This document shows positions 1-7,426 of a DNA stretch of 40,172 nucleotides, in pieces; positions within the stretch are counted from its first letter, which is position 1, and each line of letters starts with the position of its first letter. The stretch spans positions 1 to 40,172 of the forward strand of contig DAIMDW010000038.1 of NCBI GenBank assembly GCA_036725605.1, written 5' to 3'. The translations under genes were made by a program, and so were the position numbers. The DNA is from a bacterium (GTDB taxonomy: Bacteria; Lernaellota; Lernaellaia; Lernaellales; Lernaellaceae). Under the pieces are notes generated by a model. That model had not been told where the DNA came from. It saw only the letters and a program-made list of their open reading frames with translations, and searched no databases.

Positions 1-2
1 CG

Positions 3-614
3 GGCTCGCCCGGCGGATACAAGGTCATCAACGTGACCGCCAACGCCTTGTTGCCGATCACCGACGTGGGTCTGGGCGAACGGGGCGAAGTCGTGTTGTA
101 TACGCACGGATCGGTGGCGGGCACCAATTTCGACGAAGTGGGCTTCCCGCCGGCGCGGGGGGCGGAACAACGGACGCTTTTCCGCACGCAGGCTCATCCC
201 ACCAACACGCCGCCGACGGCCTCCTTCATCACTTATCAAAACGCCGACGGTTCGTGGCAATTCGACGCGACGGCGTCTTTCGATGCCGAAGGCGAAGCGT
301 TGCGCTATTTCTGGGATTTCGGCGACGGCCTTACGGCGACGAATGCGGAAACGTCACACACCTATCAGATCGGCGGCGACCTTTCCGTCGTGTTGACCGT
401 CCTGGACGTCAACGGCGGCAAGGCAACGGCCCAGACGATTTTGTCGATTGACGATTGCTGTCCGGATCGGGATCATGACAACGACGACGATGATACTTAC
501 TGCAACAACAGTTGCGCGGCCGGCGCCGGCGGCAGTGCCGATGCCCTACCCTGGCTGATGTTGTTCGGCCTCGTCCTGGCGCTGAAACTCGGATCCCGCA
601 AGAGGAGTCTGTGA
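3..614 (+). CDS. PKD-domain surface protein (5' partial) with a Cys/Gly-rich C-terminal hydrophobic anchor and basic tail (MYXO-CTERM-like sorting signal)
   Basis: The ORF is open from the window edge. It has the PKD signature WDFGDG...TYQ...VLTVLD. Its C-terminus is CCPD...CNNSCAAGAGGS then a hydrophobic stretch then KLGSRKRSL. Confidence 0.6.
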   Translation, partial: GSPGGYKVINVTANALLPITDVGLGERGEVVLYTHGSVAGTNFDEVGFPPARGAEQRTLFRTQAHPTNTPPTASFITYQNADGSWQFDATASFDAEGEALRYFWDFGDGLTATNAETSHTYQIGGDLSVVLTVLDVNGGKATAQTILSIDDCCPDRDHDNDDDDTYCNNSCAAGAGGSADALPWLMLFGLVLALKLGSRKRSL

Positions 615-2305
615 TGAAACGGCGGTTGATTTTCCTCCTGGCGATTCTCCTGGCGGCCGCATCGCCGGCCCTGGCCATCGATGCGCAAAACGTCGTTCCG
701 GCCATGGGCCCGCAAAATCTGCTCACCTTGTACACGAGCGATCCGCTGGCGATGGGCCAGTTCGCCGTCGGCGTGTTCGGCAACTACGCCGCCGACCCGG
801 TGCGCTTCGAATATGAGAACGGCGACGAATTCGACGTCGTCGAGCAGATGGTCAGCGGGCAAGGTTACCTGGCGGTCGGCTTGTTCGACCGAATCGATCT
901 GATGGCCGGCGGCAGCTACAACATGGTCGTCGGCGACGATCTGAACGACTTCATCATCCCCGATTTCGGCGAGCCGGAAGACGAGATGGTCGCGCGCATC
1001 GGCGATGCGATCGTCGGCGCCAAACTGCGCATATTGCGAAATGAGCCGGGCCTGTTCGGTCTGGCCGTCGGCGGTTTCGTTACCGCGCCTACGGGCGGCG
1101 ACGATTATTACGTCGGCGCGGGCGCGACCTCTTTCGGCGGACATCTGATCGTCGACAAGCGCCTGGCGATGGTCAATCTGGCGGCCAACGTGGGCTACAA
1201 ATACCTCAGCGACGTGGACGACCTGTCGCCGGAAGGGCAAATCTACGGCGGCTTCGGCCTGGACGTGGCGCTCGATCAGTGGATCGGGCTGACCGGCGAG
1301 CTGATCGGGCGGACGGTCGATTACGGCGTGGACGAAATCGACGCGACCGTGCCGATGGAAGCGTTGGTCGGCGTGCGCATGTACACGCCGATCGGTGTGA
1401 ACTTCACCCTCGCCGGCGGCTTCGGCCTGACCGACGGCATCGGCAGTCCGTTGTACCGCGGGCTGGCCGGCATTTCCTTCTCGTATCCGAAATTGGTTTA
1501 CGGCGAACAAGCCGGAGCGATCATGCCGGCGTCCGATCCGTACAAGACCGACACCGACCGCGACGGACTGACGGACTACATGGAAGAGAAGGTCTACAAA
1601 ACCGATCCGAACAATCCGGACACTGACGGCGACAGCCTGCGCGATAACGAGGAAGTGCAACAGTACAACACCGATCCGAACAAGGCCGACAGCGACGGCG
1701 ACGGATTGACCGACGGCGCGGAAGCGCGGTTGTACGGCACCGACCCGCTCAAGGCCGACACCGACGGCGACACGATCAGCGACGGTCAGGAAGTCAACGA
1801 GCTGCGCACCAATCCGCTCAATCCCGACAGCGACGGCGACAACGTCGCCGACAACATCGACGGCGCGCCGCTGGAACCGGAAACGGTCAACGGCTTCATG
1901 GACGAGGACGGCGTGCCCGAGGTGGTCGTGGCCAAAAAGCCCAGCGGCGTGATGATGCTGGAAAACCAGATCGTCCTGCCGACCGCGTTGGTCTTCAACG
2001 ATCCCAACGGCGCGACGTTGACCAAAACCGACAAGATGCTGCTCAACGACGTGGCGGTGATTCTGCAGGAATACCCGCGCGTGAACATCAGCATCGAAGG
2101 ACACGTGGCGGCCGGCACGCCCAACGCCGAGAAACTGACCGGGCAACGGGCGACGGCGGTGATGAACTATCTGAATCGGCGCGGCATCGCCGCTTCGCGC
2201 ATGACGGCTGAAGGCATGGGCGACCAGGTGCCCATCGCCGACAACGAGACCGAAGCCGGACGCGCGGCGAACACGCGCATCGACTTCATCATCACCTCGC
2301 GCTGA
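614..2305 (+). CDS. OmpA-family outer membrane protein with thrombospondin type-3 (Ca-binding DxDxDG) repeats and a C-terminal OmpA peptidoglycan-binding domain
   Basis: Signal peptide MKRRLIFLLAILLAAASPALA. Predicted beta-barrel N-domain. Four DPNxxDTDGDxxxD repeats. C-terminal OmpA_C motif (NISIEGHVAAGT...LTGQRATAV..YL...GI...R). The start ATG overlaps the upstream stop (tgATG). Confidence 0.85.
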   Translation: MKRRLIFLLAILLAAASPALAIDAQNVVPAMGPQNLLTLYTSDPLAMGQFAVGVFGNYAADPVRFEYENGDEFDVVEQMVSGQGYLAVGLFDRIDLMAGGSYNMVVGDDLNDFIIPDFGEPEDEMVARIGDAIVGAKLRILRNEPGLFGLAVGGFVTAPTGGDDYYVGAGATSFGGHLIVDKRLAMVNLAANVGYKYLSDVDDLSPEGQIYGGFGLDVALDQWIGLTGELIGRTVDYGVDEIDATVPMEALVGVRMYTPIGVNFTLAGGFGLTDGIGSPLYRGLAGISFSYPKLVYGEQAGAIMPASDPYKTDTDRDGLTDYMEEKVYKTDPNNPDTDGDSLRDNEEVQQYNTDPNKADSDGDGLTDGAEARLYGTDPLKADTDGDTISDGQEVNELRTNPLNPDSDGDNVADNIDGAPLEPETVNGFMDEDGVPEVVVAKKPSGVMMLENQIVLPTALVFNDPNGATLTKTDKMLLNDVAVILQEYPRVNISIEGHVAAGTPNAEKLTGQRATAVMNYLNRRGIAASRMTAEGMGDQVPIADNETEAGRAANTRIDFIITSR

Positions 2306-2321
2306 CGATCATCCGCTCAAT

Positions 2322-2357
2322 AAAAAAGCCCGGGATCCGCTCCCGGGCTTTTCTTTT
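2322..2357. terminator. Bidirectional rho-independent terminator between convergent genes
   Basis: A6-GCCCGGGA-tccgc-TCCCGGGC-T4CT4. This is an 8-bp perfect stem flanked by an A-tract and a T-tract. Confidence 0.75.
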
Positions 2358-2369
2358 CGGCTGAACGCT

Positions 2370-3215
2370 TCAGGAGCGAATCGCTTCCAGAAACAGCTCG
2401 TACAATTTTTGCGTAACCGGTCCGGGTCGGCCGCTGCCGATTTGGCGATCGTCGATGCGCAGTACGGGCGTCACCTCGGTGGTCGTTCCCGAAAGAATCA
2501 CCTCGTCGGCCGCATAAAGGCCCTCGCGCGTCACCCATTCCTCGCGTACGGCGATGCCGGCCTTTTCGGCCAGACCGATCAGGAAACGGCGGGTGATGCC
2601 CGGCAGAATCTTGTGGTTGGTCGGATGCGTAAACAGCGTATCGTTTTTAACGACGAAGATATTGCTGGAGGTGCCTTCAAGGACGCGCTCGTCCGCGCCG
2701 ATGAAAATCGCCTCGTAACAGCCCGCTTCCACCGCCTGCTGCTTGGCGAGCACGTTGGGCAGCAGGTTGGTCGTTTTGATGTCGACGCGGGCCCAGCGGA
2801 TATCCGGCACGGTGATGCAACCGACGCCGCGCGCGGCCAGTTCGGCTTCCTTGTGGGGAAACTCGCGCACGGTGATGATCACCGTCGGCTCCGGCCGTTC
2901 GGCGGGAAACGCATGCGAACGCGGGGCAACGCCGCGGCTGATTTGCAGGTAAACCATCGCCTTGGGCATCAAGGCGCTTTCGTAGGTTTTTTGTATCTGC
3001 TCGCCGACATCGGCGACGTCGATATATTCCAGGCGAATCTCGTTCAGGCTGCGCCGCAGTCGTTCAAGATGAGCATCGAACAAAAACAGTCGCCCGTTGT
3101 AGGCGGTGATCACCTCATACACCGCGTCGCCGAAACAAAAGCCTCGATCGTTGATGGAGACCGTCGCCTCGGCGAAAGGTAAAATGCGTCCATTGACATA
3201 GGCAATTTCCGGCAT
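2370..3215 (-). CDS. dat: Class IV (fold type IV PLP) aminotransferase, most similar to D-amino-acid aminotransferase (branched-chain aminotransferase not excluded)
   Basis: Length 281 aa. Motifs RGVAPR, DIRW.R.DIK..NLLPNVLAKQ.A.EAG..EAI, EGTSSN, THP.N.ILPGITR and GSGRPGPVT match the Dat/IlvE family. Confidence 0.8.
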   Translation of the reverse strand: MPEIAYVNGRILPFAEATVSINDRGFCFGDAVYEVITAYNGRLFLFDAHLERLRRSLNEIRLEYIDVADVGEQIQKTYESALMPKAMVYLQISRGVAPRSHAFPAERPEPTVIITVREFPHKEAELAARGVGCITVPDIRWARVDIKTTNLLPNVLAKQQAVEAGCYEAIFIGADERVLEGTSSNIFVVKNDTLFTHPTNHKILPGITRRFLIGLAEKAGIAVREEWVTREGLYAADEVILSGTTTEVTPVLRIDDRQIGSGRPGPVTQKLYELFLEAIRS

Positions 3216-3240
3216 CGAACGATTCCCTTTCTCACGGAAG

Positions 3241-3249
3241 TGTGGATAA
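3241..3249 (-). promoter_or_regulatory. Perfect DnaA box (TTATCCACA on the minus strand)
   Basis: Exact 9-mer match. Confidence 0.6.
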
Positions 3250-3394
3250 ATAAATTATATTGCGCAATTGTTTACCAACTATAATAAACCACATTAACTA
3301 TTAATCGTAACCTATTGTATTATAAAAACTATCTATGTCGATATAAAAGCTTAAATCGCACATTACGGCCATTTTCACAAAATCCTATGCTTTT

Positions 3395-3414
3395 TTATCC
3401 ACAGTTTATCCACA
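3395..3414 (+). promoter_or_regulatory. Two tandem perfect DnaA boxes (TTATCCACA gt TTATCCACA)
   Basis: Exact 9-mer matches at 3395-3403 and 3406-3414, 2 bp apart, in the same orientation. Confidence 0.6.
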
Positions 3415-3649
3415 AAAGGAAACACTGAAAAATCCATTTACCGTAAGTGCAAGAAAATTTCCAGTATTTAGACGATGGCCAAGCGGTTTTTGTTGCGAGA
3501 TTTTTTAATTCGGGGAGTTTATCTTCCTCGTGATTTAAATTAGACTACTTTGGTTATTGTTGTGGTGTTCATTAAAAAATCGATTCCCGCCGCGCCAATG
3601 ATCGGTTGGGCGTCGAACAAGAATTCGAGAAGGAAGGAGGTGAATGTAG

Positions 3650-4444
3650 GTGCGCTTCAAACTATTTTGGATCCTCATCCTTATCAGTCTGATGACGTTA
3701 AGCGTGTTCATGGCATGCGACGACGACGATGACGACGATAACGATGACAACGACGACGACGACAACGACGACGGCGACGATGATGACGACGACGATGATG
3801 ACGATGACACCGGTGACGATGATACCGGTGATGACGACACCGGCGATGACGACACCGGTGATGACGATACCGGCGACGACGATACCGGCGACGACGATAC
3901 CGGTGACGACGACACCGGTGACGACGACACCGGCGACGACGACACCGGCGACGACGACACCGGCGACGACGATACGGTAGAGATCGGCACGAACGTCGGG
4001 CAAAAAATGGCCGACTTCAACGTAACGCTCAGCGACGGATCCACCTTCAATCTTTACGAGCATGAGGGCACAGTCATCTTATTTGACACAGCCGGCATGT
4101 ACTGAGGCAGCTGTGCCTCTGACTCTCCCGGGTTGGAGAGTATATATCAGGATTACAAAGACGAAGGTTTCCTCGTTGTGCAGTTGATCGGCGCGGACTT
4201 CAACGGAAATTATCCGCAGTTGGATGATCTGATTGCCTGGATCGCTTACATCAAGTCGCAGTACGGGGCCACGATCACGTACAATGTCGCGGCCGATCCA
4301 TATTTCAATATCGGCAGCATGTACAACAAAACCGGATACATTCCGTATTACTGGCTGGTGGACCAGGATCTGGTGATCAACTACAAAGCCAGTTACCTGA
4401 ATCCGTTCCGCTCGAGAATCGAGACTTTACTGGGTCTTGAGTAG
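3650..4444 (+). CDS. Putative selenoprotein: lipoprotein with a poly-Asp/(TGDDD)11 acidic linker and a TlpA/redoxin-family thioredoxin-fold domain with a UxxC active site (in-frame TGA at 4103-4105 read as Sec)
   Basis: GTG start 9 nt after AGGAAGGAGG. Signal peptide plus a lipobox-like ...LSVFMAC. ORFs 3650-4105 and 4133-4444 are in the same frame, separated only by TGA. Read-through gives FDTAGMY-U-GSCASDSPGLESIYQDYKDEGF. This aligns with TlpA [28 protein letters not shown]. The rest of the fold (..APDF.L.D.dG....L.d..GK.V.L: KMADFNVTLSDGSTFNLYEHEGTVILF) and the YIPYYWLVDQDLVI (cis-Pro region) are intact. Hairpins lie immediately 3' of the TGA at 4104-4119 and 4122-4141. Confidence 0.55.
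3809..3973 (+). repeat. 11 tandem copies of a 15-bp coding repeat (ACCGGYGAYGAYGAY) encoding (TGDDD)11, preceded by a D/N-rich run
   Basis: Direct reading of the sequence. Copies differ only at synonymous third positions. The repeat keeps the frame. Confidence 0.9.
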
Positions 4445-4461
4445 CGGGAAACTCACGGAAA

Positions 4462-4497
4462 GGGCGATGAACCAAACGGTTTGTCGCCCTTTTTTTT
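4462..4497 (+). terminator. Rho-independent terminator
   Basis: GGGCGA-tgaaccaaacggtttg-TCGCCC followed by T8. Confidence 0.75.
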
Positions 4498-6346
4498 AAT
4501 GGCCACGCAAACGACCGAGGGCATTGAGCAAGCGCCAGCCGCGGCTTTGGCGAATGGCCTCCAGTTCGGCTTCCTGCGCCGCCACCTTCTTTTGCGCCGC
4601 CATCAGCTCGCGATGCTTGCGGGCCAGTTGCCGCGCCATTTCCGGATTGCGCTTTTCCACGACAAAGGGGCCCAAAGCCAGCGCGTCCATTTCCGATTTA
4701 AGAAAACAGTCAATGGCGTCGGCGGGCGTTTCCACGATCGGATCGCCCGCCAAGTTGAAACTGGTGTTGAGCAGCACCGGCACGCCGGTTTCGCGTTCGA
4801 ACGCCGCCAGCAATTCGTGCAGCAGGCGGTTGGTTTCGGCGGTCACCGTCTGCAGGCGCGCGGTGCCGTCGACGTGCGTGACGGCCGGCACCAGCTCCGG
4901 CTTGCTGACGGACACGACGCGCAGCATGAACGGGCTGGCGCCGCTCAGCGCGAAATACTCGGCCGCCTTCTCCAACGGCGCGACGGGCGCGAAGGGACGG
5001 AACGCCTCGCGGTACTTGACCTTCTCGTTAAGCAGATCCTTGTTCGCGGCGCGGCGCGGATCGCAAAAGATCGAGCGGTTGCCCAGCGCGCGTGGACCGA
5101 TCTCCGCCCCGCCCTGGTGCCAGCCGACCACCGCGCCGGCGGCTAGACGTTTGGCGACTTCACCGGACACGTTGTCGGCGTAGTCGTACCATTTGAGCAC
5201 CGCGTCGTGCTCGGCGAGCGCTGTTTCGTATTCCTCGCGCGAATAGGTGCGGCCCAGGTACGGATGCGCCATCGACCAGACCTTCTCGTTGCCGGCCTCG
5301 TACCACGGCCACAAGGCCGCGCCCAGCGCCGTGCCGTCGTCGGCGGCGCAAGGCACGATGAACACGTTGTCGAAACCGGCGCGCTCGACGATCTTCTGGT
5401 TGGCGACCGAGTTGAGCGCCACGCCGCCGGCCAGCACGAGGTTGGCGCTGCCGGTTTCCTTTTGTAGATCGCCCGTCAGCGTCACCAGGGTTTCTTCCAA
5501 CGTCTGTTGCACGGCGAAGGCCATGTCCATGTCGAGCGGGCGCAGTTCCTCGCTGTGATGACGCGGCTGCCCGAAGAGTTTAACGAAATCGGCCGGCACC
5601 TTGCGACCGCGAATGTCGAAGGTCTGGTAGGTGGGATCGATCTCGTAGGCCAGCGGCGCCGGATGGCCCACCGCCGCGCGCCATTGCTCGGCCAGCAGCG
5701 GCGTGCCGTAGGGCGCCAGGCCCATGGTCTTTCCTTCCTGAAAATCGCCGAAGCCGGCAAAACTCGTCGCGAGCTGGTACATCGCGCCCAGGCTGTTCAT
5801 CGCGCGTTTGCGGCTGCACACCTTGTGCAGTTCGCGCAGGTCGTGGCCCTTGGCGTGATAAAACGTGGTGTGCTCGACCTTGGGAATCACCCGCCGGCCG
5901 GGACGATGTTCGATAACGTTGCCCGCGCCGTCGACGACCAGGATCGCCGCTTCGGTGAACGGCGACGCGGCATAGGCGCCCAGCGCGTGCGCGAAGTGAT
6001 GGTTGAGCACGACGATCTTTTGCGGATCGAGCACGTCGGGCAGTTGGGCGGCGACATCGGCGACGGTCAGGTTGCGTAGCGGCTTTTGCGGATGATAGAC
6101 CACCGAGCCGACCGCGACGATCGCCGCGCAATCCAGCAGCACGGCGCCTGCCCGATCGAGCACGTAGTCGATCGCCTTGTGCGGCAACGTGCACAGATAG
6201 GATCCGTCGGGCGTGACGGCCACCGAATGCTTTTTACGGTCGAGACGCTCCTCGGCGATGCCGCACAGCACCTGCCCGTCGCGCACGAGCACGGCACTGC
6301 GATCATGGCTGACGTTGATGCCCAGAACGAGACCGGAACCGCTCAT
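4496..6346 (-). CDS. Carbamoyltransferase (NodU/CmcH/HypF-like O-carbamoyltransferase family)
   Basis: 615 aa. Kae1/YgjD-like ASKH N-domain (LGINVSHDRSAVLV...HHFAHALGAY) and C-terminal carbamoyltransferase domain (VGWHQGGAEIGPRALGNRSI, NTSFN). Confidence 0.85.
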   Translation of the reverse strand: MSGSGLVLGINVSHDRSAVLVRDGQVLCGIAEERLDRKKHSVAVTPDGSYLCTLPHKAIDYVLDRAGAVLLDCAAIVAVGSVVYHPQKPLRNLTVADVAAQLPDVLDPQKIVVLNHHFAHALGAYAASPFTEAAILVVDGAGNVIEHRPGRRVIPKVEHTTFYHAKGHDLRELHKVCSRKRAMNSLGAMYQLATSFAGFGDFQEGKTMGLAPYGTPLLAEQWRAAVGHPAPLAYEIDPTYQTFDIRGRKVPADFVKLFGQPRHHSEELRPLDMDMAFAVQQTLEETLVTLTGDLQKETGSANLVLAGGVALNSVANQKIVERAGFDNVFIVPCAADDGTALGAALWPWYEAGNEKVWSMAHPYLGRTYSREEYETALAEHDAVLKWYDYADNVSGEVAKRLAAGAVVGWHQGGAEIGPRALGNRSIFCDPRRAANKDLLNEKVKYREAFRPFAPVAPLEKAAEYFALSGASPFMLRVVSVSKPELVPAVTHVDGTARLQTVTAETNRLLHELLAAFERETGVPVLLNTSFNLAGDPIVETPADAIDCFLKSEMDALALGPFVVEKRNPEMARQLARKHRELMAAQKKVAAQEAELEAIRQSRGWRLLNALGRLRGH

Positions 6347-6738
6347 TTGGCTTTGGCTTTGGCTTTGGCTTTAACTTTGACGTTGGCGTTCTGCCCGACT
6401 CCCGCCACGCGCATGCCGGAGCGAACTCCGGTTTTCACCGATTGGCGGAAGGACAACAACAGCGCCGCTTCGGCCGCCAACCCCACGAGGTAATAGACCG
6501 AGGTCGTCATCGGCGTGTAGAGGTAGGCATCGATCACCTGCGCTCCGAAAAACGGCACGCCCTTGTCGATGAGCACGGCGATGTTGAGCAAGGCGATCAT
6601 GCCGCCGGCGATGTACCACAGGCGTTTTTGCGCTTTGGCGCGCCAGAACAGACCGGCGAAAAAGCCGATCACCACCGGCGCCGCGAAAATCAGCAGCAGC
6701 AGTTGCAGAATGCCGCCCAGGTAGTACTTCAAAAACAT
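6343..6738 (-). CDS. Small integral membrane protein with a C-terminal (KA)n tail
   Basis: About 3 predicted TM segments. C-terminus KVKAKAKAKAK is encoded by the (GGCTTT)5 hexamer repeat. ATGA overlap with the downstream carbamoyltransferase. Confidence 0.5.
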   Translation of the reverse strand: MFLKYYLGGILQLLLLIFAAPVVIGFFAGLFWRAKAQKRLWYIAGGMIALLNIAVLIDKGVPFFGAQVIDAYLYTPMTTSVYYLVGLAAEAALLLSFRQSVKTGVRSGMRVAGVGQNANVKVKAKAKAKAK

Positions 6739-6748
6739 GCCGTGCGCC

Positions 6749-7426
6749 TCATCGCAGCAGGATATCGTCCTCGACGGACACTTCGTCCAAACGAAGCTCG
6801 AACACCTCGCCGAAAGCGGTGATAAACCGCCAAAACACGTCGAAGAAGGAATATTTGAGTCCGGTGATCAACTCCATCGAGGTGATCTTCCGGTTCATCT
6901 TGCCGCAGGGAACGATATAGGTGAACGGTTGGACATCCTTGCCCACGTTGAGCGAGAAGCCGTGCGTGGTAATGCCCTTCTGAATGTTGAAGCCCAGGAA
7001 CGCGAGCTTGCCCTTTTCGGTTTCGACGCCGGGGTCCTGCTCGTTGTAGTGCGCCTCGATGCCGTAGGAATCCAGCACCATGACCAGCACCTGCGCCACG
7101 CCTTCGATGAACTGGCGCGGTTTGAGCTTGAGCCGGTTGAGATCGAAAATAAAATAGCCGACCAGTTGATCGGGACCGTGGAAGGTGGTCTTGCCGCCCC
7201 GGTCGACGTCGATGATCTTGATGCCCTCGGCGGCGAAGCGTTCGCGACTTTCCAGCAGGCCGGAATCGCCGCGCTCCGAGTAGCCGCGCGTAACGACCGA
7301 CGGATGCTGCAAGAGCAGCAGGTAGTCGGATTCGCCGCCGGCGGCGACCTGCTCGCGCAACTCACGCTGCAGGATCAGCGCCTTTTCGTATTCGGTCAGC
7401 CCGAGGTAGCTCCACTTGATCGTCAT
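6749..7426 (-). CDS. lipB: Lipoyl(octanoyl) transferase
   Basis: 225 aa. LipB-family motifs (LQHPSVVTRG, GGKTTFHGPDQLVGY, conserved catalytic Cys in VPCG..N). Confidence 0.85.
   Translation of the reverse strand: MTIKWSYLGLTEYEKALILQRELREQVAAGGESDYLLLLQHPSVVTRGYSERGDSGLLESRERFAAEGIKIIDVDRGGKTTFHGPDQLVGYFIFDLNRLKLKPRQFIEGVAQVLVMVLDSYGIEAHYNEQDPGVETEKGKLAFLGFNIQKGITTHGFSLNVGKDVQPFTYIVPCGKMNRKITSMELITGLKYSFFDVFWRFITAFGEVFELRLDEVSVEDDILLR

Larger units (their letters stand above)
3216..3649. promoter_or_regulatory. AT-rich intergenic island (about 30-35% GC in a roughly 67% GC background) containing three perfect DnaA boxes
   Basis: TGTGGATAA (reverse complement of TTATCCACA) at 3241-3249. TTATCCACA at 3395-3403 and at 3406-3414. 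Several A/T tracts (TTTTTTAATT, ATTAAAAAAT). It also holds the divergent promoters for the aminotransferase and the downstream lipoprotein gene. Confidence 0.55.

Noticed and set aside
497-2146. 549-aa minus-strand ORF overlapping the OmpA gene
   Set aside because: It is a high-GC antisense ORF with low-complexity Val/Ala/Gly/Arg composition and no homology. The plus-strand OmpA/TSP3 gene fully explains the region.
3495-3510. Sigma-54 (-24/-12) promoter TGGCC...TTGC upstream of the selenoprotein gene
   Set aside because: The GG-to-GC spacing is 18 nt instead of the required 12. It is not a match.
3809-3973. Possible CRISPR array because of regularly spaced repeats
   Set aside because: The repeats are contiguous 15-mers with no spacers. 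They are in-frame coding sequence (TGDDD) and no cas genes are present.
3535-4063. Long minus-strand ORFs with (PVSSS)n and (VVAG)n repeats
   Set aside because: They are antisense artefacts of the 15-bp acidic repeat. They have no start context and are fully overlapped by the better-supported plus-strand gene.
3650-4444. Treating 3650-4105 and 4133-4444 as two separate small genes, or as a nonsense-disrupted pseudogene
   Set aside because: Both parts are in the same frame with only TGA between them. The first part alone ends mid-strand, just before the CxxC of a thioredoxin fold. The second would start inside that fold with a TTG. The split removes exactly the first active-site Cys, which is the hallmark of a Sec codon. 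Pseudogene remains the fallback if no Sec machinery exists.
6343-6738. Calling the small membrane protein a GtrA-family flippase partnered with the GT2
   Set aside because: Only about 3 TM segments are present and no GtrA motifs are recognisable. lipB also lies between it and the GT2. I kept it as a hypothetical membrane protein.
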